A stretch of DNA of 52,976 bases, the filler included, from Limisphaerales bacterium (GTDB lineage Bacteria; Verrucomicrobiota; Verrucomicrobiia; Limisphaerales; SIBE01), in the NCBI GenBank assembly GCA_044225505.1. It is 4 parts of 4 records of this genome, joined end to end, with 100 filler letters (N's around TTAATTAATTAA, not from the genome) between each part and the next. Parts side by side here need not be neighbours in the genome. Positions count along the whole stretch, not along the records: positions 26,676 to 39,807 come from JBGAIN010000204.1; positions 39,908 to 52,976 come from JBGAIN010000206.1; 2 more parts are not named here. One strand, given 5' to 3'. The notes beneath the pieces are model-generated. The model had not been told where the DNA came from, ran no database searches, and saw nothing but the letters and a program-made list of their open reading frames with translations. The position numbers were made by a program, and so were the translations under genes. This document shows positions 29,614-39,992 of the stretch, piece by piece; within the stretch, counting starts at the first letter, position 1; each line of letters opens with the position of its first letter.

Positions 29614-30885
29614 GTGTCCGTGAACCGTAGAGCCTCAAGAAGTAATATTCTGCCAATATCCATAGCGCTGGCATCGATTATTTGCCAGGCGGTGCTTGGC
29701 GGAAGCACTGACTACTGGAACACCCAGCGAAAGGGCGCCAATTTCTTCCCGAACGATCCCCGGCCGGAGCGCTTCAAGGACGCCGTTGATGCGGGGATTC
29801 TGTTGGGAAGGCTGGCCTGCAATAAGTGGCTCAACGGGCGGCCGGAAGCTCAACTTGGGGATTTTCTGCTTGGGCCGAAGGAGACCTACGCCGGGATCGT
29901 GGAGGACGACGTGAAGTACCTCCGTCATGTCCTCGATGACGCCGATAAGGCCGGAATGAAGATCGTGCTTACGATGCTCAGCCTGCCCGGCTCCCGCTGG
30001 CTTCAGCACAACCGGGTTAACGGCAAGTGCGTTCAGCAATACGACCTCTGGCGAGACTTTAAATACCACCAGCAGGCCGCAAGCTTCTGGCGCGACCTGG
30101 CCAAAGCTCTGAGAAACCATCCTGCCATCGTGGGATACAACCTTATCAATGAACCATGTCCAGAGAGGGCCAACCAGCGCCCTTTCCGTGATTGGTACAC
30201 CATGGACTATCGTAAGTGGTACAGGACCGTTCAAGGCACGCCGGCGGACCTCAACTTGTTTTACAAAACTGTCATCGAGGCCATTCGCGAAGTGGACCCG
30301 GAAACCCCAATCGTGCTTGATTCAGGATTCTACGCCAATCCCTATGCCTTTCAAATCCTGGACCCGCGGTATCTTGGCGACGGAAACATCGTCTATTCCT
30401 TCCATCAATACGAGCCGTCCAGCTTTCTCAGCGGCAGGCAGAAGGAAAAGTACAAATACCCTGGCTCTGTTCCTACGGGGGAACTGGATGCTGCCGGCGA
30501 TGAGGATGCACAGCCGCCTTATGCCCCAATCGAGTATTGGGATCGAAAGAAACTCAGCTCCTACTTTCGGGTCATCACCGATTGGATGACTCAATACCGA
30601 GTTCCGCACAACCGCATTTACGCGGGTGAGTTCGGCGGAGATAGACAGGCCGAAGGTGTGGAGGATTACTTTCGGGATTTAATCTCTTTCTTCAATGCAA
30701 ACGGCTGGCATTGGTCTTTCTATGCGTATCGGGAAGACGATGGCTTCCCGAAAATGGACTATGAACTTGGAACCGGCGAGCTACCGAAGACCTACTGGAA
30801 ATGCTCGCAGAACTACACCTGTAAAGCAGCCGGAATATACCAACCCAACCCCCTCTGGGCCGTTATCCAAAATGGCCTGAAATAA
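29614..30885 (+). CDS. Glycoside hydrolase family 5 (cellulase family)
   Basis: Signal peptide, GYNLINEP acid/base, YSFHQY, AGEFG nucleophile, W-H-W-S-F-Y. Confidence 0.9.
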   Translation: MSVNRRASRSNILPISIALASIICQAVLGGSTDYWNTQRKGANFFPNDPRPERFKDAVDAGILLGRLACNKWLNGRPEAQLGDFLLGPKETYAGIVEDDVKYLRHVLDDADKAGMKIVLTMLSLPGSRWLQHNRVNGKCVQQYDLWRDFKYHQQAASFWRDLAKALRNHPAIVGYNLINEPCPERANQRPFRDWYTMDYRKWYRTVQGTPADLNLFYKTVIEAIREVDPETPIVLDSGFYANPYAFQILDPRYLGDGNIVYSFHQYEPSSFLSGRQKEKYKYPGSVPTGELDAAGDEDAQPPYAPIEYWDRKKLSSYFRVITDWMTQYRVPHNRIYAGEFGGDRQAEGVEDYFRDLISFFNANGWHWSFYAYREDDGFPKMDYELGTGELPKTYWKCSQNYTCKAAGIYQPNPLWAVIQNGLK

Positions 30886-31231
30886 TCCGTGGACTTCAAT
30901 TCTGACCACGATCCACTTGGGCCGAGACTTGAGCTGCTCGTAGATAAGAGCATCGTCTAAACGCTCGTTTCGGTACGGTCGAACATCGAGGCGTGCACCT
31001 TTTGGAGCTGCCCGCATCGAAATCATCCACCTTGTGCTCAGCCATTTCCTCGGGTCCGGACCAGAATAGCGAACAATCCTGGTCCAGGTAGAAAATGGCG
31101 GAGGGCGTCGGTCCGAAGCGGTGGAGCGAGGTGGAGTCCAGTGACGCGGCCTTCGAGTGTGTGGCTAGCAAACGTGTCGCAGCGACTGAAAATGAGAATC
31201 TGCTCATGGGGGGTCGAAACGCAGGTCCTGT

Positions 31232-34200
31232 TCACGGTCCGATCACCGCACGGTAGAAGCGCGTCGGGAAGATGGTGGCGTCGAAGTCGGTGAAGATGGC
31301 AGGCAACTGGCCGCGGGTGAGAGGGGACCATGTTTCCAGATCGGTGGAGACGTCGATGCGGTAGGGAATCGGCGGCGGTCCGTTGATTTCAAACTGGACG
31401 GCGCCGTTCGGAAGACGCGTTGGGTTCAGCAAGGTCTGGCCCTGACCCGCAGCAACGGTGAAGGCGATGGTCTGAGTCACCTGGCCATCGACCGTGATGG
31501 CGAACGAGTATTCTCCCGGCGCGAGCGTACCCAGCACCAGGGTGCCGGCGCGGGTGGTTTCCGCTGCAGTGCAGCCGGCTTGAACGAGGCGCGTCCCTTG
31601 GAAGCCTTGGTGGAACGTGTTGTTCGTGCGCACCAGCGCGCCGTCGAGTTCGATGGCGTGGCAGGTGTTGCTGGTGGAGATTGTGTAGGTCGCGTAGTTG
31701 ATGCCGCCGCCGTTGGTGATCGTGACTTCGACCCGGCCCGGCAGCGAGGTGTCGTAAACGCCGTCGTTGCGTGCCGTCATGCTCAAGGTGGAACCGCTAG
31801 GCGCGACGTCGAATTGAAAACCGGGCGCAAGATTTTGCATACCCACCTTGGCGAAAGCCCCGTGGCGCGTCCCGCCGACGCTTAGGAATTTGAATTGTTC
31901 GCCGGCCTTGGGTGCGAAGCCGTTGATGAACTTGAACGTGACCTGCCCATCGAGCGTGGCTTCGTTGGTCACGACCAGTTGATCGTAAGCGGCGGAGTTC
32001 GTGCCGCCGATTTCGATGAGCAAGCGGCCTTCCGATCCCTGTCCGTAGCTGCCTTCGATGGTCAGCACGCCGGGCGACAGGCCGGGCGAGATGAAGCCGC
32101 CGTTGTTGTTGACGCGTGCATCCGACGCGACTGCCAAAGTACCAACGCCCTGGATCACCGTGTTGCTGTCGGTCAACCAGAGACTCCGCGCCTTGACGAA
32201 TCCGTTTGTGATCGTGACCACGGCCCGGCCGGCATGCCCACTGCCCACCAGATAAAGGTCGCCATCAATGAGGAGCTGAGTGCCGCCCCGCACCTCGATC
32301 TCGGTATCCGCACCGCTCACGGGTGGCGCGCCGATGAAGCAATCGCCCGATACCTCGACGCTGCCTCCGTCATCAATGACCAGCAGGCCGATGCCTTCTC
32401 CGCCAAGATTCAAACTGTCCGAGAGTCCGGACGACCCTACTTGCAACATTGACCGTTCTCCACTGGCGGCATGAACGCCACTGACAAGAATTCTCCCATA
32501 CGACCCCAGGCTCCGCCCGACATGGGCCTCCTGATCCGCCTCCACCCAACCTCCGTCCAGCACGTCCAAATACCCGGGGGCGCTCTCGCCAACATCCAGC
32601 GTTGTGGCGAGCAGGTAGGATGACGAGCCGCTCGAGCCGACTCCTTGGACGATTGTGGCGGCCCCTACGCCGGCTTCGGTCGCTATTTGAAAGCTGACCG
32701 CGCTGACCTCGGCGCCGTCGAGAATCGTCAGATTCCCGCCGCTCTTGGCGCCGACTTTGGTCACGAGAGTATTCCAGGTCGCTGAACCGTTCGGGGTGGA
32801 GCCTTCGATGGCGACAAAACTGTCCGGCCCCGGCTCCTGACCGATCACCGCCAGTTCGCTGGTCACCTGGCCGTTGCCGGTGACCGTCAGTTCACCGGCC
32901 CCGCCCATGCCGATGGCGAGATTGCCGGTCGTCCAGGTCGCGTCATTGCCGACAGTGGCCTTGCCTCCGCCGGCCCCAGTTCCGATGCGCGACTCGGCGC
33001 TCACAACGTTTCCTCCGGGATTCACGTTGAGGATTCCCTCGCCCACGCCGCCCACCCGCAACGAACCGAGCGTGACCCAGTCGCCGCCGAATCCGACATC
33101 CACTTGCGAATCGGCCGAGGGGCCGATCCATGCATGATTGTTGGTGAGGGCGAAGGCCGTCAACAGGCTGAGGCGGGCGGCGTCGATCAACGCGGACGGC
33201 TCGTCGAACGACACCGCGTCCACTTTGTAAGCGCCGTCCGTCAGGATCAGTTCGCCGTGACGCAGGATAAAGCGGTGGTTGTGGCGACTGGCGCCCACCG
33301 TGACGGTGTATTGCCCCGATTGGTCGAACAAGGCCGTGTCCGCGTGGTTCGTCGTGGTTTCCGGCACGCGCGGCGGATCGGGAATGGGCGGCTGCGGGCT
33401 GACGCGCTCCCAGCTTTGGACAATGCCGTAATCGCCCGGGCTGGTAACCGTAGCGACATAGCGGAAAACGGCGGACTCCGGTTCCGGCGGTGGCAGACCA
33501 GGCCCCCTCGGCACATCACTTACCACCCAAAGGTCATTTCCGCCCCCGACCACAATCTGCCCGTTGTCGTTGAACCAACGACCGGCAGTCGGACCTTCGT
33601 TGCTAATAAGACCCGGCAGCTTCGCCGGAATCGGCACACCATCCAGGAGATCCCCTGCCGCCACGATCCTGTGCAGGAGCGGGTTGGGCCCGCGGAAGAC
33701 TCCGCTCGTTTTGAGGGTTCGCGAACTCGCCGTGAAGGCGACTTCGCCGCGGTTGTTGATCGCAAAACCTTGGAATGTGTGAAACTCAAACTGCGAGTCG
33801 CCCGACCGGCTCTCGGCCACGGTGGTGATCGCCCCACCTGTCGACTTGTAAATCCCCACCGTGCCGTCGGGTTTTGCATCGTAGAAGGCGACCTCCCCGT
33901 TCTCGTTCATCGTCGCCGGGCGTGGCCGCGCGAGCGTGACGATCACATTCGTCCGCACCGGCGCCCACCTCTTGCTCTCTGGAAAACGCGGGTCCGGCAC
34001 GATCAAGCCCAGATCAATCCGCGCGAACCGATACATGCCTCCCACCGGGAAGTACGTGAGCATCTGATTCCGGTTGTTCAGTTCGATCCCGGAGCAGTTG
34101 TCGCAACTGCGAGCCTGTTGCTCTTGCGCCTCCCCTCCGAAGACGAACCGGCCCCAGAGAATCAACTTGCGGTCGTTGTAATCAAAGCCGAAGGGGGACG

Positions 34201-34621
34201 CGGCCAGACTGTTCGCTCCGGAGAACCAATTGATGCTTCCGCTGCCCACCCCGAGCCGACTGAAGCTGGTTCCCAACACCCCACCGTAGGCCAGCACTTC
34301 ATTCGCGGCATTGATCGCGACGCCCAACGGGACAATCACCTCCTCACCCGGCGGCGCTTCAAAAGACATCACTTCGTGCAGGGTCGCGAAGCCTCCAGAC
34401 CCACCCTTGTAAATCCCGCTGAGTTCCCCCGGAAAAGCGCCCTTTTTTCCGACAAACACCACCGCGCCGGAGTTGTTCAGCTCAACGCTGGCTATGCTGG
34501 CAAATCCATCCGCTGGCCGCACGACTTGATAGCCGGCAGCGGCGGCAGACCCACAGGACACGAGAACGGCGGCCAGCCCGTAGGCGGCAGTTTTGGTGAA
34601 GGCCGAGAATTGGTAAAGCAT
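31232..34621 (-). CDS. Large secreted repeat protein
   Basis: Signal peptide; NxxGxxAF repeats (INNRGEVAF, MNENGEVAF); Gly-rich G-x-G-x-L-x-V-xx-GG repeats; GFISPGLSPGVLTIEG..DQLVV; C-terminal YRIDVSTDLETW..RFYRA. Confidence 0.85.
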   Translation of the reverse strand: MLYQFSAFTKTAAYGLAAVLVSCGSAAAAGYQVVRPADGFASIASVELNNSGAVVFVGKKGAFPGELSGIYKGGSGGFATLHEVMSFEAPPGEEVIVPLGVAINAANEVLAYGGVLGTSFSRLGVGSGSINWFSGANSLAASPFGFDYNDRKLILWGRFVFGGEAQEQQARSCDNCSGIELNNRNQMLTYFPVGGMYRFARIDLGLIVPDPRFPESKRWAPVRTNVIVTLARPRPATMNENGEVAFYDAKPDGTVGIYKSTGGAITTVAESRSGDSQFEFHTFQGFAINNRGEVAFTASSRTLKTSGVFRGPNPLLHRIVAAGDLLDGVPIPAKLPGLISNEGPTAGRWFNDNGQIVVGGGNDLWVVSDVPRGPGLPPPEPESAVFRYVATVTSPGDYGIVQSWERVSPQPPIPDPPRVPETTTNHADTALFDQSGQYTVTVGASRHNHRFILRHGELILTDGAYKVDAVSFDEPSALIDAARLSLLTAFALTNNHAWIGPSADSQVDVGFGGDWVTLGSLRVGGVGEGILNVNPGGNVVSAESRIGTGAGGGKATVGNDATWTTGNLAIGMGGAGELTVTGNGQVTSELAVIGQEPGPDSFVAIEGSTPNGSATWNTLVTKVGAKSGGNLTILDGAEVSAVSFQIATEAGVGAATIVQGVGSSGSSSYLLATTLDVGESAPGYLDVLDGGWVEADQEAHVGRSLGSYGRILVSGVHAASGERSMLQVGSSGLSDSLNLGGEGIGLLVIDDGGSVEVSGDCFIGAPPVSGADTEIEVRGGTQLLIDGDLYLVGSGHAGRAVVTITNGFVKARSLWLTDSNTVIQGVGTLAVASDARVNNNGGFISPGLSPGVLTIEGSYGQGSEGRLLIEIGGTNSAAYDQLVVTNEATLDGQVTFKFINGFAPKAGEQFKFLSVGGTRHGAFAKVGMQNLAPGFQFDVAPSGSTLSMTARNDGVYDTSLPGRVEVTITNGGGINYATYTISTSNTCHAIELDGALVRTNNTFHQGFQGTRLVQAGCTAAETTRAGTLVLGTLAPGEYSFAITVDGQVTQTIAFTVAAGQGQTLLNPTRLPNGAVQFEINGPPPIPYRIDVSTDLETWSPLTRGQLPAIFTDFDATIFPTRFYRAVIGP

Positions 34622-34812
34622 AGGTTCGCACTCCATTCTCACGGAACGGCGGGAGGAAGTTTCAGGAAATCTGTTTTGAAGTTATGGATCGCTGGAGAGG
34701 ACGAGAGCGTGTGTTACTCACCAAGACGAGCACCGAGCATCGCCCGGCTTTGGGAAGAAGCACCCGCTTGTGCCGGGCAATTCTCGGCGCTCCGGCTTTT
34801 TTCGTTCAACCT

Positions 34813-37800
34813 CTACCAATCCAATCCCAGCTTCGCTAGCTCCCGGTGCAGTTCCGCCAAATCCCATTCCAATGGCGGGCCAGACTGCGGGATTGCGAAG
34901 ACTTGTTGGGCATCCGGGCTGAAGATCCAACCAACGACCTGTGCGCGGGTGGCAGCAGGCAGCGTAAGCAATTCCCCGCCGTCGGGCAGATGCCGGAAGC
35001 GTAGCCGTCCATCGGTCGTCGAGACTGCCACCACCGGGGCGCCCGGCATCGGCGTGAAGTCGGACTGCGCTTCCTCCGGCGGCGTGGGCCACCGGTTCAC
35101 AAGTCGGCACGAGATGGCTTCCCACACGCCATATTCGGAACGTGTGCGCGTGAGCAACCATCGCCCATCAGGCGTGGACCTGGAAACCGCGCATTGGCCG
35201 AGCCCGAGCGTTCGCACTTTCTCGCCGGTCGCGACATTCCAGATCGTCACATCCGGTGCGACCAAGTCCGTGGTCACCAGCCATGGCGTGCCGGGAATGA
35301 GCGCCGCGCCGTTCACCGGATGATCTTCAACCAGCTTTCGGGCGCGGGTCGGATCGCCATCGGGCCAGAGCCAGACCGAGGGCGGCAGATGGTCATTGGT
35401 GGCCTGCCTTCTGAAATCGAGCAGCAACAACCCTCGCCCATCGGGAGCCAGACCCGTAATGAGATGTTCTTCGGGCGGTCCGATTGAACGACCGAGTTCA
35501 ATCGAGACACTTCCCCCTGACGCCGCCCGCAACCCGGCGAGATCAAAACGTCGCACACCTGTCGGAGTGGATGAGTAATACAGAATGGAATCGTGCTCCG
35601 CAAAGGCGGTCGTCGTCCAGCCCTCGCGGGCAGCTTGCGGCAGGAAGCAAAGTTGGCGGCGCTTGGTGACGTCCCACAGAGCCAGGCCATTCGCTCCCGA
35701 CACCGCCAGCCAACGACCGTCCGCACTCAGCGCGGATGATTGCCGCGAGCGTTCGGCAGTGGCGGGATTCGACCAGGCGCGGTGAAGGGAAGGAAGCGCA
35801 AGTACTGACACGCCAAGTTCGTCGGCGGTCGGGGAAAAGGCGAGCCGCTTGCCGTCGGTAGAAAAATTAAGCGCGCGTTGTGAACCCTCCATTCGCAGGC
35901 GGAATCCGTCCGGTTGCACCGAACCCCAGACCAGTCCGGCGTGCCAGGTCGCGACCGCCAACGAATCGCCATCGGGATGAAAGGCCACACGCCGTGCGTT
36001 CGACGGCAGTTCGGCGAAGGTGGATTCCAGCCGGCCCGTTTCCGCGTCGAAGATGAGAATCGGGAACGAGTTCAGGCCATCATTCTCCTGGCCGCGCCGC
36101 GTCGTCAGGGCCGCCGCGAGACGCCGACCATCCGGCGACCACGCTATCGCGCACGCGGGTGCGGGAAGCTGCGCCGACCAAACTTCGTTCGCGTCACTCA
36201 CCCGATGGACGGAAAGCCTATCCGACGCAAAGGCCACGCGCGTGGCCCGGGCGTCGCAGGCCAGTAGGTCGTGATCTGGTGCCGGTAACTCGGCCTCCAC
36301 CGAACCTGTGCCTATCGCAACAACCGTGGCCTTGCGTCCGCCTCGGCCTTTTCGCTCGGTCACCACCATGGTTTCTCCATCCAGCGGGAAAACCACCGTC
36401 GCTCCGGGATCATGACTGGACCAGACCGGGTTCGTATTGGAAACCGACAGTGAATGTACTGCGGTCAGCTTGTCTTGATATCGGACCGCCAGAAAATCGC
36501 CGCGGGGACTGAGTCGCAATCGGACGGCCGGATTATTCGTCTGCGCAGGGAGCGTCCATATTTTGCGACGATCTGCCGTCGAGAAAACCGTGCAACCGCC
36601 ATCGGCGGTCGCGGCCGCGAAGCGCGACAGGTCGGACGAGAAATCGAACTCATTTTCGAATTGAGCGACCGGCACGCTCCAACGGTCCACCATTTGCGCA
36701 TCCGGCAATGCCAGCGCGGCGGCCACCTCCGTCCGCAGTTGCGTCCGGAGCGATTCGGTTCTGGCCGCGCCGATCTCGGTCGCCTGTCGCACGAGCTCGA
36801 GTGTGTCGAAGCGCTGGCCGGGTCGTCCGGTTCCCCGCTGTAAGCGTGCTTGAGCCACCAGTGATTCGCCGAGGGCGCGGTGCGTTCGGCGGTTGGCCCG
36901 CACTTCCAGCGCGATCGCGCTCACCACCACGACCAGGAGCAACGCGCTCACCGCCGCCCGGGCGGGATTGCGCCGGGCCCACGATTGCACGCGCTCCAGC
37001 GGCGTCGCGGGTCGTGCGAGGATGGGCCTGCCCGCGAGCCAGCGGCGAAGGTCTTCGGCCAGTTCGCGTGCCGTTGCATAACGCCGCGCCGGGTCCTTGG
37101 CCAGACACTTGAGGCAGATGACGGAGAGATCGCGCGGCAATTTCGTAGCAGCCGACGTGACGAGGCTTTGATCAATTTTAGACTGGGAAGTTAGAGCCTC
37201 CTCCCGTCGGCTGCTACGAGCCTTGGAAGGCGGTATCACCTCGTCTTCCGCTATCTTTTTCAACAACGCCGGCACGCCCTCGGCCTCGAAAGGCGGACGG
37301 CTGGCCAGCAGTTCGTAGAGGATCGCGCCGAGCGAATAGACATCGCTCGCGGTAGTGGCGTTGCGGGCGGAGGCAGAGGTGACTTCTGGCGCGGCGTAAT
37401 GCGGCGTGCCAAGAAAATCCGCTGAGCGCGTCAAATCGCTGTCCGCCCCGATGACCTTGGCCAGCCCGAAATCACTCACATACGGCCGCCCGCCTTCGTC
37501 GAACAGCACGTTGCCGGGTTTTAGGTCTCGATGGAGTACGCCGCGTTCATGCGCAAACTGAACCGCGTCCGCCAAGGTGGCAAGGAGTTCGGCAATGTGT
37601 TTCCATCTCCCGGTGAATTGGCCACGCCGTGCCGCCAGCGAGCCGCCGCCAGCCAACTTCATCGAGAACCACGGCAATCCGTCCTGCTCGCCCACTTGAA
37701 ACACCGGGAGGATCGCCGGATGGTCGAGACCGCTCGCTGCTTGAATCTCCAGCCTGAACCGCTCGCGCATCGGTTCGGAGGCAATCTGATGAGGCAACAG

Positions 37801-38085
37801 CATCTTGAGCGCTACGTACCGCGGCGGATCGAACTGCCGCGCGCGGTACACGATGCCCATCCCGCCGCGCGCGAGTTCCTCCAGCACCTCATGGCCAGGG
37901 ATGGGAATCCATCCGCCGGCGGCAGGCGGCACGGCGGCCCTCGCTTCACCAGGGGCCTCATCGAAAGGTTCGGCGAATACATCCGTCCACAGACATGCTG
38001 GGCACAGGCCATCCAGGTGTGCCTCGACCAGCGGATTGCCGCATCGCGAACAGCGGGCGCTAGGTTGGCTCGGAGACGAATCCAT
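34813..38085 (-). CDS. Membrane Ser/Thr protein kinase with N-terminal Zn ribbon and WD40 repeats
   Basis: CxxC..CPAC; ARGGMGIVY, ALK, HRDLKPGN, DFGLAK, GTPHYAAPE; TM helix; WSPDGRRLA and FHPDGDSLA repeats. Confidence 0.95.
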   Translation of the reverse strand: MDSSPSQPSARCSRCGNPLVEAHLDGLCPACLWTDVFAEPFDEAPGEARAAVPPAAGGWIPIPGHEVLEELARGGMGIVYRARQFDPPRYVALKMLLPHQIASEPMRERFRLEIQAASGLDHPAILPVFQVGEQDGLPWFSMKLAGGGSLAARRGQFTGRWKHIAELLATLADAVQFAHERGVLHRDLKPGNVLFDEGGRPYVSDFGLAKVIGADSDLTRSADFLGTPHYAAPEVTSASARNATTASDVYSLGAILYELLASRPPFEAEGVPALLKKIAEDEVIPPSKARSSRREEALTSQSKIDQSLVTSAATKLPRDLSVICLKCLAKDPARRYATARELAEDLRRWLAGRPILARPATPLERVQSWARRNPARAAVSALLLVVVVSAIALEVRANRRTHRALGESLVAQARLQRGTGRPGQRFDTLELVRQATEIGAARTESLRTQLRTEVAAALALPDAQMVDRWSVPVAQFENEFDFSSDLSRFAAATADGGCTVFSTADRRKIWTLPAQTNNPAVRLRLSPRGDFLAVRYQDKLTAVHSLSVSNTNPVWSSHDPGATVVFPLDGETMVVTERKGRGGRKATVVAIGTGSVEAELPAPDHDLLACDARATRVAFASDRLSVHRVSDANEVWSAQLPAPACAIAWSPDGRRLAAALTTRRGQENDGLNSFPILIFDAETGRLESTFAELPSNARRVAFHPDGDSLAVATWHAGLVWGSVQPDGFRLRMEGSQRALNFSTDGKRLAFSPTADELGVSVLALPSLHRAWSNPATAERSRQSSALSADGRWLAVSGANGLALWDVTKRRQLCFLPQAAREGWTTTAFAEHDSILYYSSTPTGVRRFDLAGLRAASGGSVSIELGRSIGPPEEHLITGLAPDGRGLLLLDFRRQATNDHLPPSVWLWPDGDPTRARKLVEDHPVNGAALIPGTPWLVTTDLVAPDVTIWNVATGEKVRTLGLGQCAVSRSTPDGRWLLTRTRSEYGVWEAISCRLVNRWPTPPEEAQSDFTPMPGAPVVAVSTTDGRLRFRHLPDGGELLTLPAATRAQVVGWIFSPDAQQVFAIPQSGPPLEWDLAELHRELAKLGLDW
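37143..37219. repeat. GTAG-type REP doublet (REPIN-like) inserted in frame in the kinase gene
   Basis: 25-bp arms TCGTAGCAGCCGACG(TGAC/GGAG)GAGGCT with 2 mismatches around a 27-nt loop. Confidence 0.85.
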
Positions 38086-38119
38086 CTGCCGTATTCTCAA
38101 GCAGCACAGACCAATAGTT

Positions 38120-38839
38120 TCAGGTTCCGCCCAGATTCTGCCCGCGATCCATCAACACGGATTGCAAATGGGCCAGTTCCTCCTCGATCTCGTGCGGAGC
38201 GGAAACAGTGGCCGCCACCTCTTCGCGGATGAGCACGCGGAAGCGCAACCGGAGTCGATGCACCTCAGACTTCAGCGCCGGGATGCTCGATCCGATGCGC
38301 TGCGCGGCGTCCTCGTAGCTCGGCGGCGCGCTCACGCCTGGCAAGAAAGTCTGGAGGGCGGCGAACACTTTGCTACGGCCGGCCTCGGAGAACTCCGCGC
38401 GCACCCGTTCCAGCGCATTAGCCAAAATCGTTGTCGCCCATTCCCGATCGAAACCGGTGGTCGCTTCCGGCGGGGCCGATGGCGTGCTGGTAGCTTCGAT
38501 GTCGTCGAGCCGCAGGTCAGTCGCGCCGCCACCGCGTTTCTGCGCGTTGGCGCGATCCGCTTCATTGGCGAGGAACTTCACGAGCGCCCCCAGCAGGAAT
38601 GTACGAAACCGTCCTCGCATTCGGTCGGCGCGAGAGAACGTGGAGTGCCGGCAGACATGGAGAAAGAAGTCCTGCGTGAGATCCTCGGCTCCCGCGCCTC
38701 GATGTCCACGGAACTGAATGAACTGATTCACCGGCGACCAGTAACGCCGGCACAATTCCTCCAGCGCTGGTCGGGCTTCCGCCTCGCCGTTGAGCGAAGC
38801 CCGCGCGAGCAAACTCCAATGCGTGGTCGGAAAATGCAT
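38120..38839 (-). CDS. ECF sigma factor, kinase-associated type
   Basis: FPTTHWSL N-terminus, LCRRYW, AEDLTQDFF, RGRFRTFL, FDREWA, VHRLRLRF; directly upstream of the kinase with no anti-sigma gene. Confidence 0.92.
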   Translation of the reverse strand: MHFPTTHWSLLARASLNGEAEARPALEELCRRYWSPVNQFIQFRGHRGAGAEDLTQDFFLHVCRHSTFSRADRMRGRFRTFLLGALVKFLANEADRANAQKRGGGATDLRLDDIEATSTPSAPPEATTGFDREWATTILANALERVRAEFSEAGRSKVFAALQTFLPGVSAPPSYEDAAQRIGSSIPALKSEVHRLRLRFRVLIREEVAATVSAPHEIEEELAHLQSVLMDRGQNLGGT

Positions 38840-39509
38840 CGTGGATCGGTTCAGTCGTCACAGCACTCTCGAATGTGCCCGCGACGATAGCAAAGAACCC
38901 TTACCACTTCAAACCCCTAGTCCTTATTTAGCGTCTCGAGAAGGATCGACAACGTCGCTAGACACCGCCAACACCTTTTTGGGGATTGATCCTTCGTCCG
39001 CGGGGAGGAAGACCTGTCGGCCACCGGCCCGAACTTTTGCGCCAGGTGGGAGAAGGCAAGGAATGCGGTCAATTCCGTTTCATGCGTTCCCAATGGGCCT
39101 ATCCGAGGAGTGATTACGAGGAGGCGCTGCGCTTACTCCATGACTCTCTCTGACGAATGAATCTTGTCCGTTGTCGCCCTCGGTCACCCACCGCCATGCG
39201 TTGAGTTCACGTGGCCTGGTACTTGAGCTGGCTGTTGATGAGAGCCTCGGCTAAACACTCGTTGCGTGGCGCCCGAAAGTCGAGCCATGTAACCTTTTGA
39301 GCTCCCCTCATCGCACTAATTCTCCTCCCGTTCGGTCCCTTCCACTGGTCCGAGGAGATAATTGAGAATCACGGATCAATTCGAATGAGGCGAGCTACAT
39401 GAGCATATGCTAATTGCCGTCGGTGGCGAATCGACTGGTGAAGTGCAGTGCCAGCTGGGATGCAGGAACCGGCTTGAGCGCCGGTGAGCCAATCGAGATA
39501 ATCTCCTGC

Positions 39510-39807
39510 ATGAACTTGCCCTTTGCGAAGAGCCGTTTGAGAAAGGCCATTGAACGCGGGTTGGATAATGGCAAGCTGCGCGAGGAATTGCGCGAACTAG
39601 GGGAAATGACGGTCAAATCCCAAGGTGATGCGGAGGACATATGTTGGGGACTTCAGCGTCTGAACCGGGCTTCGAAGGATCTTAATGAACACACCGAGGC
39701 GCTCTCGGGTCTTTTCCAAGAGGTGGATGGCGGGGAGTGTGCCGCATTTGAGATCCTGCAGGAGCGTGGAATTCCGGAATTGATGCGACTTTTCGATGAG
39801 ATCAGCA
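39510..39807 (+). CDS. Hypothetical protein (cut by contig end)
   Basis: Open frame running into the linker; preceded by TTGAGC-N17-GATAAT-N7-ATG. Confidence 0.6.
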
Positions 39808-39907
39808 NNNNNNNNNNNNNNNNNNNNNNNNNNNNNNNNNNNNNNNNNNNNTTAATTAATTAANNNNNNNNNNNNNNNNNNNNNNNNNNNNNNNNNNNNN
39901 NNNNNNN
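39808..39907. other. Artificial contig linker
   Basis: Same N44-TTAATTAATTAA-N44 spacer. Confidence 0.99.
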
Positions 39908-39992
39908 GACAAAATGCACGGCGGCTTTCCTTGGCGCGGGCGAACGTTGGAGATGCCGAATACTTCGGAGGGACAGCTTCGGACCGTTCAAT

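Noticed and set aside
30886..31231. Short minus-strand ORFs between the GH5 and the repeat protein
   Set aside because: No family motif I can support; possibly decayed sequence.
33104..35323. 739-aa plus-strand ORF
   Set aside because: Antisense to two well-supported GC-rich genes, with an Arg-rich composition typical of shadow frames.
38840..39509. 670-bp intergenic region upstream of the ECF sigma gene
   Set aside because: No convincing ORF, RNA motif or repeat seen.
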